A stretch of DNA of 64,000 nucleotides. Source: Felis catus. Taxonomy: Eukaryota. Both the position numbers and the translations under genes were made by a program. The notes under the pieces are model-generated. The model did not search any database and was not told where the DNA came from. It saw only the letters and a program-made list of their open reading frames with translations. Shown here one piece after another: positions 13,500-26,190 of this stretch (the first letter of the stretch is position 1; each line of letters begins with the position of its first letter). The stretch is taken from positions 108,066,001 to 108,130,000 of the forward strand of contig NC_058377.1 in the NCBI RefSeq assembly GCF_018350175.1, in the 5' to 3' direction.

Positions 13500-14150
13500 A
13501 TCCCCACTGGTAAATAAGTCATTTATTCAGTTGTCTGCGAGTATGTGTCAGATGCAACCTGTTCTAGGAACTTAGGATGTCCGTGAACAAAACACAGATC
13601 TCTGCCTTTTTGACGTTTTATTCTAGTAAATGTGCTGGATGATAGACAATATGCATGATGTAAGTGAATTCTCTACTACGTTGGGAGGCAATGAATAATA
13701 AGTGCTCTAGGCAAAAAAAAAAAAAGAGCAGAACAAAAGGGGGTCAGGAGTGTGGTAGGGTGCTTGAAGCACGTTGCTATATCAGTGAGAAGCTGGACAA
13801 AGACTTGAAGGAGGTAGAGGCGTGAGCCAAGTGGATATCTGGGTAAAGAGTTGCAGCTAGGTAAGAGTCGACCTGTCCTGGTTTGTTGGAGGACGTGGGT
13901 GTGGCCAGAATGGAAATAGCAAAAGGGTAAGGAGGAGGAGGAGGCAGAACCAGATGGCATTAGCCATTACCAGGACTTTGGCTTTTACTCAGTGACATGA
14001 GGAGCCATGAGCAGAGATGTTGTAAAAGGCTCTGCTTAGGTAAGAGGGTCACTCTAGCACCTGTGCTATTGAATGGAGTGGGGTTGCAGGCAAAGGGGGG
14101 GGGGGGACAGGAGGCTCTTACGGTATATTACTCAAGAGATGAAGTCCTGG
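13500..14150 (-). mobile_element. Ancient L2 LINE fragment
   Basis: L2-like motifs (gttctaggaacttaggat...gtgaacaaaacaca; ggactttggcttttactcagtga...ggagcca); highly diverged. Confidence 0.55.
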
Positions 14151-14931
14151 GGGTGGGAGGGGCACCTGGCTGGCTCAGTCGGTTAAGCCGCCGACTTCGG
14201 CTCAAGTCATGATCTCCAGGGTTCCGGTCATGATCTTCCGGTCTGTGAGTTTGAGCCCTGTGTCGGGCTCTGTGCTGACAGCTCAGAGCCTGGAGCCTGC
14301 TTCCGATTCTGTGTCTCCCTCTCTCTGCCCCTCCCCTGCTCAGGCTCTGTCTCTCTCTGTCTCAAAAATAAATAAACATTAAAAAAAAAAGAGAGAGAGA
14401 GAGAGAAAGATGAAGTCCTACTGAGTCTGCCTCCGAAGTGTTTCCATCGCCATCTCCTGGCCTTCTTAGTCCAGGCTGTCACCATCTTATGCCTGGTCCA
14501 GTTTAACAGCCACCCGACTGGTCTCCTTTCCTATTCTCTGCTCTCCACTTATTGCCCCTACAATGGCCAGAAAGATCTTCTGACACCTCCGTTCACGTCT
14601 TGTCTCCTCTCCCCACGCTCTGCCTGTCGGGCATATGCCCTATTTGTGGGGACCCCAGATGTGTCATGCATATGACTTGTCCTGTTCCTGATCCAATAAG
14701 CGAATTTAGTAAGGTTACAGGATAGAAACTCAATGTACAGAAACCCACTGCATTTCTATACACCAATAATGAAGCAACAGAAAGAAATTAAGGCAGCAAT
14801 CCCATTTATAATTGCACCAAAAATAATAAAATATCTGGGAATAAACTTAACCAAGGAAGCGAAAGACTTGGACTCTGGAAACTGCGAAACGTTGATGAAA
14901 GAAATTGAAGATGATACAAGTGGAAAGATGT

Positions 14932-15110
14932 NNNNNNNNNNNNNNNNNNNNNNNNNNNNNNNNNNNNNNNNNNNNNNNNNNNNNNNNNNNNNNNNNNNNN
15001 NNNNNNNNNNNNNNNNNNNNNNNNNNNNNNNNNNNNNNNNNNNNNNNNNNNNNNNNNNNNNNNNNNNNNNNNNNNNNNNNNNNNNNNNNNNNNNNNNNNN
15101 NNNNNNNNNN
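14932..15110. other. Assembly gap (N run); other gaps at 24803-24988, 27699-27850, 45336-45465, 54518-54707
   Basis: Runs of N, all within or beside repeats. Confidence 1.
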
Positions 15111-15838
15111 TAAAGAAAAATAAAGCTGGAGGCATCACATTTCCAGATTTTAAGTTATACTACAAGCTGTAGTAATGAAAACAGTGTGGTACTGACACAA
15201 AAATAGACACATAGAGGGATGCCTGGGTGGCGCAGTCAGTTAAGCGTCTGACTTTGGCTCCAGTCCTCAGGTCATGATCTCACCGTTTGTGAGTTTGAGC
15301 CCTGCCATCAGGCTCTCTGTCAGCACAGAGCCTGCTTTGGATCTTCTCTCTCTCTCAAAAATAAACATTAAATAAGTGGAAAGATATCTGAAATCTATGG
15401 GTTATAGGACTTATATTGTTAGACGGCATGGTCCCTAAAATTGATCTAAAAATTCAGCAGTCCCTGTCAAAATCCCTGCTGCCTTCATCGCAAAAATTGA
15501 TGAGATCTTCAAATTCATGTGGAAATGCGTGAGACCCACAATAGAGAAAACATTCTTAAAAAGGAAGAAGAAAGTTGGAGTACTCATACTTCCTGATTTT
15601 AAAAACTTACTACAAAGCTACAATAATCAAGATTATGTAGTAATAGCAAAAGGATAGACAAAGAAGTGGAGTAGAATTAAAAGTCCAGAAATAAGCATAT
15701 ACATTTATAGTCAGTTGATTATCAACAACACGATGCAGCGGGGGGAAAAGTAGTCTTGTCAACAAATGGTTCTGGGAACCTTACCTCACACCATACACAA
15801 AACATTAGCTCACAATGGATCAAAGACCTAAATGTAAT

Positions 15839-16062
15839 GGGGCGCCTGGGTGGCGCAGTCGGTTAAGCGTCCGACTTCAGCCAGGTCACGATCTCGCGGT
15901 CCGTGGGTTTGAGCCCCGCATCAGGCTCTGGGCTGATGGCTCAGAGCCTGGAGCCTGTTTCCAATTCTGTGTCTCCCTCTCTCTCTGCCCCTCCCCCGTT
16001 CATGCTCTGTCTCTCTCTGTCCCAAAAATAAATAAAAAACGTTGAAAAAAAATTAAAAAAAA
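15839..16062 (+). mobile_element. Young SINEC_Fc with perfect 16-bp TSD
   Basis: TSD AAAGACCTAAATGTAA at 15822-15837 and 16063-16078; diagnostic gcgcagtc / cagccagg / gggctgatggc. Confidence 0.95.
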
Positions 16063-17267
16063 AAAGACCTAAATGTAAGACCTGAAACTATAACAGTCTT
16101 AGGGAAAAAACAGGCATAAGTCTACATGACCTTGGGTTAGATAATGGTTTCCTGGATATGACATCAAAAGCATCGCAATGCAAGAAAAACTAGCTACATT
16201 GGACTTCATCAAAACTTAAAACTTTTGTGCTTCAAAAGACAGCGTCAAGAAATTGAAGAGACAACCCGCAGAATAACAGAAAAGATTTGCAGACCATATA
16301 TCTGATGAAAGACTTGTATCTAGAATATAAAAAGAATCCTTCCAACTCAATAATAAAAAGGCAGATAACCCAATTCAAAAATGGCAAAGGAGTTGAACAG
16401 AAATTTCTTTCAAAGAAGAAATGGCCAATAGGCACACGAAGGAAATGCAAACCAAAACCACAATGAGATCACTTCACGCCCAGATGGTTATAATAAAAAA
16501 GACACACACAAAAAGCCCCATAATAACAAGTATTAGCAAGGATGTAGAGACACTGGCGCCTTCACGCATTTCTAGCAGGGGAAAATAGTACAGGTCCTTT
16601 GGAAAACAGTTTGGCGTTTCCTCAAGAAAATGAACGGAGAGTTACCCTATGATCCCGCGATGCCACTCCTGGTTACATCCCCAGGAGAAGTGAAAATGTC
16701 TGTTCACATAAACACTTGTACATGAGTGTTCGTAGCAGCATTATTCAACATAGCTGAAAAGTGGAAACCCAAAGGTCCGTGAACGGAGAAACAATGTAAC
16801 ATATCTATACAATGGAGTATTATTCAGCTATAAAAAGGAACGAAGTGCTGATTCATGCTATAACACTGATGAACCTTGAAAACATTATGCTCCGTGAAAG
16901 AAGCTAGACATATTGTATCATTCCATTTATGTTAAATATCTGGAAGAGTAAAGTCCACATAGACAGAAATTTAGTGGATGCCAGGGGCTGGACTGGGAAA
17001 TGGGGAGCGATGGGTAATGGATGTGGAGTTGCCTTTGGGGGTGATAGAAATGTTCTGGAATACGTACTAGTAACAGTTGCCCAACTTGGTAACTCTACTT
17101 AAAATCGCTGAATTGTACACTTTCAAATGGTGAATATTATGGTATGCGAATTTTACCAATGAAAAAGTCAAGGAAACAACAAAGTAGAAATTAATGAAGT
17201 AAGTAAAGCTGAACTAGAGATTAACAAAGGTGAAAGCTGGTACTTTGAATTCGCTAATAATAAGATA

Positions 17268-17632
17268 TGTAGAGGCTGCTTTTAGGCAATAGGCTCGAGC
17301 AGTGGGAACCTTAGAAAGGTAGAAGGGGCCCACCGTGACCACCTATCAGGTGCCACACCTCAAAATACCCATAAGCCCTAGCTGACCAAGGGGCTACTTA
17401 CAACCGGTCATAGGCACCAAAAAGAAAATTCCACACGAACCTCCCCTACCTCCTGACCTCCTCCCCTTAACTACAGCCCCCCCCACCCCCGCCTCCAGGC
17501 AGACAATCTCTTTGCTGTCCTGCCCTCCTTCCTTTGCAGTGTATTCCATGAACTTCTAACTCCTTTGTTCTGCCTTGGGTGAATTCTTTCACCTCTGAGA
17601 CACCAGCCTCCACCTGATCGGTCACCCCCCCA
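17268..17632 (+). mobile_element. Solo endogenous retroviral LTR (365 bp) inserted in an L1 fragment
   Basis: TG...CA termini, 5-bp TSD AGATA (17263-17267 / 17633-17637), U5-like GGTGAATTCTTTC; the flanks rejoin into L1 ORF2-like sequence. Confidence 0.75.
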
Positions 17633-18914
17633 AGATAGACTGCTGTCAAGACTGATCAAAAAAGGGGGCACCTGGGTGGCTCGGTCAGTTAAGTGTCAGA
17701 CTTCGGCTCGGGTCGTGGTCTCGCGATCTGTGAGTTCGAGCCCCGCGTCGGGCTCTGTGCTGACAGCCCAGAGCCTGGAGCCTGCTTCGGATTCTGTCTC
17801 CCTCTCTCCCTGAACTTACCCTGCTCACGCCCTCTCACTTTCTCAAAAATAAATAAAACAGTTTTTAAAAAATTAAAAAAAAAAGACTGATTAAAAAAAA
17901 AAAGAGTTGAGGTCCAAATAATATAAAGAATGGAAATCAGAAATAACCACAGACACAGCAGAGGTTTTAAAATAATATAAATAGAGTAGGTGGAATTTTA
18001 TGGCAATACATTGGAAAACGTAGGTGAAATGGACAACTTCTGGAAAATAAAAGATGTGCTAAAACTGAGAACAAAAATAGACCAATAAATATTTTTAAGA
18101 TGAGTCAGTAGTTAACTATCTCCATTCCTCCTCCTGAGATACAGACAACAGAAGACTTTATCAGGCCCAGAGGGTTAACAAGCTCAGGGTTGTAAAACTC
18201 TCAATTCTTCTCCAAATGGACCTAAAATTTCAATCTAGATCAAAAAGGTTTTTTGGTGGAATTGTATATTCCACTGCTTTTAAAATGTATATATACAATC
18301 TGGGTGCCGAGGTGGCTCAGTCGGTTAAGCGTCCGACTGCGGCTCAGGTCATGATCTCACGGTTCATGGGTTCGAGCCCTGCGTCGGGCTTTGTGCTGAC
18401 AGCTCAGAGCTCAGAGCCTGCTTCGGATTCTGTGTCTCCCCCTCTCTGCCCCTCCCCTGCTCATGCTCTGTCTCTCAATAATAAATAAACATTTAAAAAG
18501 ATTTAAAAAAAAAAGGATAAATTGAGTTCATTGTCACTGCCATAAAAAGTTGTCCACCCCATGTTATTATGGAAAAAAGAGATTGTACAATGGTTATACA
18601 GTAAGATTTCAGTTTTGTGAACCGAGGGGGAAAAAGTCCCTTAAAATATCCGCAGGAATATTCACCAACGAGTCCTGGTGGTGATGTGGGTGGAAGGTAG
18701 CTATAGGATTGTGTCTGTGTTTATGGGTTAGACATTTCTGTAAGGTTTGAATTTTTCACCAAGAAAGGGGATTCCTTTCATGCACAGAAAAATAAAGATT
18801 TAAAAACAAAGGCAGTAGCAATTCCAGGTCGCTGGGAGCTGGGTGGCCAGGTGAGCCTGAAGCTTCGTGGAGAAGGGCACCATTGACAATCTGGAGGACA
18901 GGCAGCCTTCAGAT

Positions 18915-19175
18915 CAGAGACTCGAGCCGCCTGCCCACAAGCACATCCGACCCTGGGTTGAGTTTTGTTTGACCTGCGCAGCACTGACAATTTTTATAAA
19001 TTAGTCGTCGTTGCTTAAAATGTATGATTTCGCCCAAGAAGTAAGGATTCCTGGCTTCTCCAGGAGCCTCACGGGGCCCACCTCCCCAGTGAGAGCTGCT
19101 TCCCGTCCCCAGCGGCCAAGTTCACTCTTGCTCATTACCTGTCCCAGCTCTTTGGGCACTGGCTTCCTTACCTGA
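18915..19175 (-). mobile_element. MER102-like hAT-Charlie DNA transposon relic
   Basis: gttttgtttgacctgcgcagcact...ggattcctggcttctc...ttcactc..cattacctg resembles the reverse MER102 consensus as remembered. Confidence 0.55.
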
Positions 19176-21339
19176 GGCAGGCGTCGAAATGGAGACAGTT
19201 CTCGCCACTCCTTGACGAGCGCTGCCCACTCCTCAACTCAGCTGGGTATTGGCTCCAGGGGGCACACGTCAGGAATTCCTCCCATCATTTATCTGACACG
19301 CATTTATTCGATTCTGTTTCTTCTCCCTATGGAGCCCCTGCCCGTGTGAAAAGGGATGAAAGGAAACCTCATTAGAAGAGAGCCAGGAGGCCAGCAGGGG
19401 GAGCTCTCACGCCCAACATTAGCTGTCAACTGCAGAGCCAAAGGGGAGGGAAGGAACTGGAAGAGCGGATAGGTACTACTTTTACTGACCATCCCAGCGG
19501 GAGGAAGGCTCATTTCTTCTTCCTCCAGCCACAGCCCAGCCAAGGACAGACAGTCGCAGCTCAGCCACTGAGAAGCCACCATACGTCAAGCTCCCCGTTT
19601 ATGACTCCCGACGCCCCACTTGCCTCTATCAAAGAATGGCCCTCTCCTTTGTTCGGGGACTTGCCTGCGGTTTTACCGTGGCAGCTGGCTCGTCCCAGGT
19701 TGTAAATTCTCAGCGATTCCCGAGCAAGCCCATCCTTTGCTGGGAAGACAGCTGGCTGTGCCAGATGATGCCACATGGGGGAGAAAAGAGTTGTGCGCTT
19801 CAATCAGCCTTGCCCAAACTGCAAAACGGTGAGGAATGAAACGGCGGTTGTTGGTGCAAACCTTTAGGTTTTAGGGTGGTTTGTTTCACAGCGATAGACG
19901 GCCCAAACAGTGGGCATCATACCCGGTTTGTCTCCCCGTTCCCAGCCCCAGGTCCAGGGCCTGGTGGACCCTCAGTAAATATTGAAGGAGTAAATAAGCA
20001 AACGTTTGGGTAGATGAGTAGATGGGTGGATACGTGCATTGTCTTGGGCCTGATGGCCCTGAAGTGGTCGGTTCTGGCCGAATCAGGGACACAGAGGGCA
20101 GCAGCTTCGTGGAGAAGCGAGGGGACAGTCCCTGTTGCGATTGTTTGAAATCATTTCCTGCACAGGGTTCCAGTCAGAGCCGCTTGAGGTGGCATACCAC
20201 AGGCAGTGGGGACGCGGCTGTTCCAGTGAGATGACACTGCCATCCAGGGGCCTGGAAGGCTCCGCGGTGCCACGGTTTGGGAAGCACAGGGACAGAAGGA
20301 ATACCTGGGGGGGCGGGGGGGGGGAGGGCGGGGCTCTGTTTCACTGGGTTCCAGAGTTACGTCTCCCATGGTTGCCACAGAACAGCTGAAGCATATGTGG
20401 GTTTTTTGTTGTTGTTGTTTTGCTCTGTTTGGCTTCGTTTTATCATTCCAACCTCTGCAGTCCAAGAAGGCAGCTGGAAGGAGCCTGGGACAGCCGCCAC
20501 GTGAGCCAGATGGCTACACCCGCTTCCACTCCCTGCTCTGACAAAGGCCTTCCCGACCGGACATTCGGATTCCCGCGTGGTCGGCTTCAGCCCGCCTCCC
20601 CCCTCCCCCCCCATCCTCATCCACTTTGTGTTGTCGTCAAGCTCACTTTGTCCTCGTGCCACCCAATTCTGCTGGTCTCTTTGGCAGCAGAATTTGGTCT
20701 CTTCTCCCGTTTGCCCGGAAAATCCCTAGGGCTCGTCTGAGACACTGCCAGGCATCGGCTGTGAACCCCAATGAATCCCTCCCTCCTCTTGGCGCCCGTG
20801 GCCCCGAGCCAGCGTGGACACCATCTCGTACGACCCCGTATTGTAATTGCTCCCACGTCTGCGGCCTCCGTCGGCGCAGGGTTTGGAATAATGAAAGCTG
20901 CTCCCCTGTGGATGCTGCAAATCGTAAGGATTATCGCACAGCCCGTGTGTGCTGGGCTCCGACTGGATGCCGGGCGTGGTTTTAATTCTTACAACGGCCC
21001 CACGAGCCAGGTTCTGCGATCATGCGTGGTTCGTGGACGAGGAGACCGAGGTACAGAAAGACTGTGCAACTCGCCAGAGCTTTACAGAGCTGCTAGGGAA
21101 AGACCGCCAGCCCCGAAACCCAGGCAGGGTGGCCCCGTAGCCCTGTTCTCACCCCTTTTACTTTATACCTTGTCCATCTTCTCAATCCCTGTCCTGTGAC
21201 AAGCTGCCGCTGTTTTTTGTTTGTTTGTTTGTTTTTTAAAGTAAACTCTAAGCTGAGCGTGGGGTTTGAACTCATGACCCCAAGATCAAGGGTCGCATGC
21301 TCTACTGACTGAGCCAGCCAGGCACCCCGAGGTGCCATT

Positions 21340-21378
<39 letters not shown>

Positions 21379-23589
21379 TCAAATTATTTTTAAGTTTTTA
21401 TTTATTTATTTTGAGAAAGAGAGAGAAGGAAAGAACAAGTGGGGGAGGGGCAGAGAGAGGGGGACAGAGGATCTGAAGCAGGCTCTGTGCTGACAGCAGA
21501 GAGCCTGACGTGGGGCTTGAACTCACCAACGGTGAGATCATGACCTGAGCCAAAGTTGAATGCTTAATTGACTGAGCTGCCCAGGCGCCCCGCAAGTGGC
21601 CATTTTATTGCCGAGAAAGTAAAGCTCAGAGAGGCTAGGGAACTTAGCCAGAGTCACCCTGCTGGGTGTCTCTGAGTCCTGGCCCAGCCAGGACTCTGTC
21701 TGGTTCCCCAATGCACCTTAGCACTTCTTGTGAGCCAACAGGCCCCACCGTCCGGACCCAGGTCCCCCGGGGCCTGTGGTGAATTACGCCCCTAACCCAA
21801 GCAGTGTCTGGGCTAAGCCTTTCCTCACAGTCTCTGGGAAAAGCCAGGGAACGGTCACCACCAGGCTAGACAGCCTGAGTGTCATCGGAGGGCAGAGCAG
21901 AGACCGGGAGCCATGTCGTAACTCTGAACGCAGGTCCTGAGGGCATCTGTAAAGGGACATAGAATACAGGGGTGGGCTAAGGACAGGTCCAGGGACAGCA
22001 CCTCTTACCCAAATGTACCAAAAAAGGTATTAGGGGTGGGGCACCTAGGTAGCTCAGTCAGTTAGGCATCCAGCTCAGGTCACCATCTCATGGTTTGTGG
22101 GTTCGAGCCCTGAATCAGGCTCTGTGCTGACAGTATGGAGCCTGCTTGGGATTCTCTCTCTCCCTCTCTCTCTGCCCCTCCCCTGTTTGCGCGCATGCTC
22201 TCTCTCTCTTTCTCTCTCTCTCTCAAAAATAAATAAATAGGGGTGCCTGGGTGGCTCAGTCGGTTGAGTCTACGACTTCGGCTCAGGTCATGATCTCGCA
22301 GTTTGTGGGTTCGAGCCCCGCATCGGGCTCTGTGCTCACAGCTCAGAGTCTGGATCCTGCTTCAGGTGCTGTGTCTCCTTCTCTCTCTGCCCCTCTACCA
22401 TTTGGGCTCTGTCTTTCTCTTTCTCTCTCAAAAATAAATAAACGTTAAAAAAAATAAACTTAAAAAAAAAAAAGGAAGGTATTGGGGGCAATAAGGTGAT
22501 GGCTTGGGCAATCAGCGAGCGCTCAGCCGATCAGCACATGTTTATAGGGCCTGTTATGTGCCAGGCACAGGGCTCTGTGCTGGGGGCTTGGTAGAGAACC
22601 AAAAGACGCTTCCTGCCCTCGTGAGTCTTCTCGCCTGGTGCAGGGAATTTGGGACACACACTTTTCCTTCTGCCTCTCTCCCATCAGAATGGACGGGGTT
22701 TCCCTCCTGCCGTTCATTCAGTCCTTTCTTTATCCAACAAGTATGTACTGAGTGCCCACCATGAGCCAGGCCTTGTTCTCAGTGTGGAGAACGCATTAGC
22801 AAAACAGATAAAGGTCCCACCTCGTGGAGCTTCCGGTTGATAGACAACAAAGAAACAAGGAAACACATAGAGAAGTGTTGACTTCGGCAAATGAGGAGGG
22901 GAGGGGAGGGGGAGCAGATGAGGAGGACCCAGAGGGTCTGAAAGGAGGAGAGACAGTCCTTCTATCCCTGCAGAAGGTGTACGCAGAGATGTGGGCTCGG
23001 GAGATCCAGGAGGACAAGGGAATGAGGGTGGGAGGTTGGAGGCTCGAGAAGTCACGACCAGTTATCTCAGAAAGAGGGACAGCGGGGGTGGGGGGCACCT
23101 GGGTGGCTCAGTCGGTTAAGCTTCCGACTTTGGCTCCGGTCGTGATCTCGTGGTCTGTGGGTTCAAGCCCCATGTCAGGCTCTGTGCTGACAGCTCAGAG
23201 CCTGAAGCCTGCTTTGGATTCTGTGTCTCCCTCTCTCTCTCTGACCCTCCCCCACTCTCTCTCTCTCTCTTTCTCTCTCTCTGTCTCAAAAATAAATAAA
23301 CATTAAAAAAAAAAAAAAGAGGGATGGGATCCACACAGACAAACACAGGAGAATGTAAGGAGGTGTGTGCCCAGAGACTCCCGTGGCCCAAGTTCACAGT
23401 CAAACAGCCTTCTGGTTATCATATTTGCTTCTCCTCAGGTGCAGGTACCTCGTAGGCGGGTGAATGGGTTCAGCCAGGGCGTGGTGCTTCTGGGAGGTGT
23501 CCATGCGTTCTGGATACTCCTCTAGGCAAGAGGCGGTCCCTAATTCTCCTCCCCTTGAGCGGGCGCTGGGCTGGGTCTTGCACTTCTAA

Positions 23590-25686
23590 TGAGTAAATGG
23601 TGGCTGAAAAATGTGACATCCAGTCACAAGAGGCACTTTGGCTTCCTGCTTGCCCTCTGTCTTGGGTCACTCACTCTGGGGGAAGCCACTTGCCATGGCG
23701 TGCAGACACGCAGGCAGGACCACAGGGTCGGAGCTGAGGCCCTGCAGCCCACAGCCATGAGAGTGAGCCCCCAGGGAAGGGGACCCTGCAAACAAGCCTC
23801 CGTCCCTACCAAGCCTTCAGATGATGACAGCTCGGGCCAACATCTTTTTGATTGATTGATTGATTGATTGATTGGCATCTCTCTCTTTTTTAAAATTTAA
23901 TTTATTTTTAAAATCTCCATCCAAGTTAGTTAGCATCTAGGGCAACAATGATTTCAGGAGTAGATTCCTTAGTGCCCCTGACCCATTTAGCCCATCCCCC
24001 CTCCCACAACCCCTCCCGTAACCCTCAGTTTGGTCTCCGTATTGAAGAGTCTCTTTTGTTTTGTCCCCCTCCCTGTTTTTATATTATGTTTGCTTCCCTT
24101 CCCTGATGTTCATCTGTTTTGTCTCTTAAAGTCCTCATATGAGTGAAGTCATAGGATTTTTGTCTTTCTCTAATTTCGCTTAGTGTAATACCCTCCAGTT
24201 CCATCCACGTAGTTGCAAATGGCAAGATTTCATTCTTTTTGACTGCCGAGTAATACTCCATTGTATCTATATACCACATCTTCTTTATCCATTCATCCAT
24301 CGGTGGACATTTGGGCTCTTTCCATACTTTGGCTATTGTCGATCGTGCTGCTATAAACATGGGGGTACTTGTGTCCCTTCAAAATGGCACACCTGTATGC
24401 CTTGGATAAATGCCTAGCAGTGCCATTGCTGGGTCGTAGGGTAGTTCTATTTTTAGTTTTTGTTTTTTTTTAAATTTTTTTTCAACGTTTATTTATTTTT
24501 GGGACAGAGAGAGACAGAGCATGAACGGGGGAGGGGCAGAGAGAGAGAGGGAGACACAGAATCGGAAACAGGCTCCAGGCTCTGAGCCATCAGCCCAGAG
24601 CCCGACGCAGGGCTCAAACTCACAGACCGCGAGATCGTGACCTGGCTGAAGTTGGACGCTTAACCGACTGCGCCACCCAGGCGCCCCTATTTTTAGTTTT
24701 TTGAGGAACCTCCACACTGTTTTCCAGCGTGGCCGCACCAGTTTGCATTCCCACCAACAATGCAAAAGAGATCCTCTTTCTCCGCATCCTCGACAAATCT
24801 GTNNNNNNNNNNNNNNNNNNNNNNNNNNNNNNNNNNNNNNNNNNNNNNNNNNNNNNNNNNNNNNNNNNNNNNNNNNNNNNNNNNNNNNNNNNNNNNNNNN
24901 NNNNNNNNNNNNNNNNNNNNNNNNNNNNNNNNNNNNNNNNNNNNNNNNNNNNNNNNNNNNNNNNNNNNNNNNNNNNNNNNNNNNNNNNTCCTTTTTGGGG
25001 TGTTGAGTTTGGTAAGTTCTTTATAGATTTTGGATACTAACCCTTTATCTGCTATGTCACTTGCAAATATCTTCTCCAATTCTGTCGGTTGCCTTTTAGT
25101 TTTGCTGATTGTTTCCTTTGCTGTGCGGAGTTTTTATTTTGATGAGGTCCCAATAGCTCATTTTTGCTTTTGTTTCCCTTGCCTCCGGAGATGTTTTGAG
25201 TAAGAAGTTGCTGCGGCCAAGGTCAAAGAAGTTTTTGCCTGCTTTCTCCTCGAGGATTTTGATAGCTTCCTGTCTTATGCTTAGATCTTTCATCCATTTT
25301 GAGTTTTTTGTGTGTGTCTGGTGTAAGAAAGGGGTCCAGGTTCATTTTTCTGCATGTCGCTGTCCAGTTTTCCTAATACCACTTGCTGAAGAGACTGTCT
25401 CTATTCCATTGGATATTCTTTCCTTCTTTTCAAAGATTAATTGGCCATATGTCTGTGGGTCCATTTCTGGGTTCTCTATTCTGCTCTATTGATCTGAGTG
25501 TCTGTTTTGTGCCAAGCTCCGGCTGACATCTTGATCGCAAACCTCACGAGAGATGGTGAGTCAGGACTTTTAGCTCTGTTGCTCCTGAAGTCCTAACCCA
25601 CGGAACAGAGAGAGAGTAAATTGCTTTTTGATCGAAACCACAAAGCTCTGGGATAATTTTTCTACAACAACAGGTAACTAATACAC
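23590..25686 (+). mobile_element. MLT1-type MaLR LTR split by an L1 insertion (halves ~23590-23846 and ~25515-25686)
   Basis: MLT1 motifs (ctctgggggaagcca, aagccttcagatgatgacagc, terminal taactaataca); degenerate TSD agctcgggccaacatctt / agctccggctgacatctt. Confidence 0.7.
23850..25514 (-). mobile_element. 5'-truncated carnivore/felid L1 (ORF2 C-terminus, 3'UTR, tail decayed into (ATTG)n), carrying a young SINE at ~24463-24687
   Basis: ORF track MFIAARSTIAKVWKEPKCPPMDEWIKKMWYIDTMEYYSAVKKNEILPFATTWMELEG and MEKIFASDIADKGLVSKIYKELTKLN are L1 ORF2. Confidence 0.92.
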
Positions 25687-25948
25687 CAGGTGTTGATAGA
25701 GAGAGGGGCCATCAGAGGGCAGGCTCCCATCTGTTTATGCAAGAACCCAGGCTCCTTCCACTTTGTGGCTCTGCCATCCCCTGGGGGCCCACGGAGTGCC
25801 CTGGAGACCCTCTGCATTTGGCTGGAAGTCAGGGATATAGAAAGTGAGGGAGATTGTTAGGGAGCTATTTAAATGCCACACCTTGTAGTGAATAATAAAA
25901 TACAACAAAACATGGGATGAGGAAGTGACATTTAAAATGGAAGCGAAA

Positions 25949-26190
25949 GGGGCGCCTGGGTGGTGCAGTCGGTTAAGCGTCCGACTTCAGCCAGGTCACG
26001 ATCTCGCGGTCCGTGAGTTCGAGCCCCGTGTTGGGCTCTGGGCTGATGGCTCAGAGCCTGGAGCCTGTTTCCGATTCTGTGTCTCCCTCTCTCTCTGCCC
26101 CTCCCCCGTTCATGCTCTGTCTCTCTCTGTCCCAAAAATAAATAAACGTTGAAAAAAAAAATTTTTTTTAATAAAATAAAATAAAATAAT
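25949..26190 (+). mobile_element. Young SINEC_Fc inserted immediately 5' of an older SINE (26208-26430)
   Basis: TSD AAAATGGAAGCGAAAG on both sides. Confidence 0.92.

Larger units (their letters stand above)
14695..17160 (+). mobile_element. LINE-1 ORF2 3' part and 3'UTR (two fused fragments of different age), interrupted by SINEs and a gap
   Basis: Translation PFIIAPKIIKYLGINLTKEAKDL...LMKEIEDD (ORF2 RT region), downstream ORF2 C-terminal motifs and an L1M-type 3'UTR; many stops and frameshifts. Confidence 0.9.

Noticed and set aside
15839-15925. tRNA-like A and B boxes
   Set aside because: These are tRNA-derived SINE heads followed by SINE body and tail; no standalone tRNA gene was seen.
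19165-19295. Possible minus-strand exon (CAG|GTAAGG donor at ~19171) of an unknown gene
   Set aside because: Stops in all three frames, a weak acceptor, and the donor coincides with the end of a MER102-like relic.
19862-19877. Telomere-like TTAGG/TTAGGG
   Set aside because: Only two imperfect units; expected by chance.
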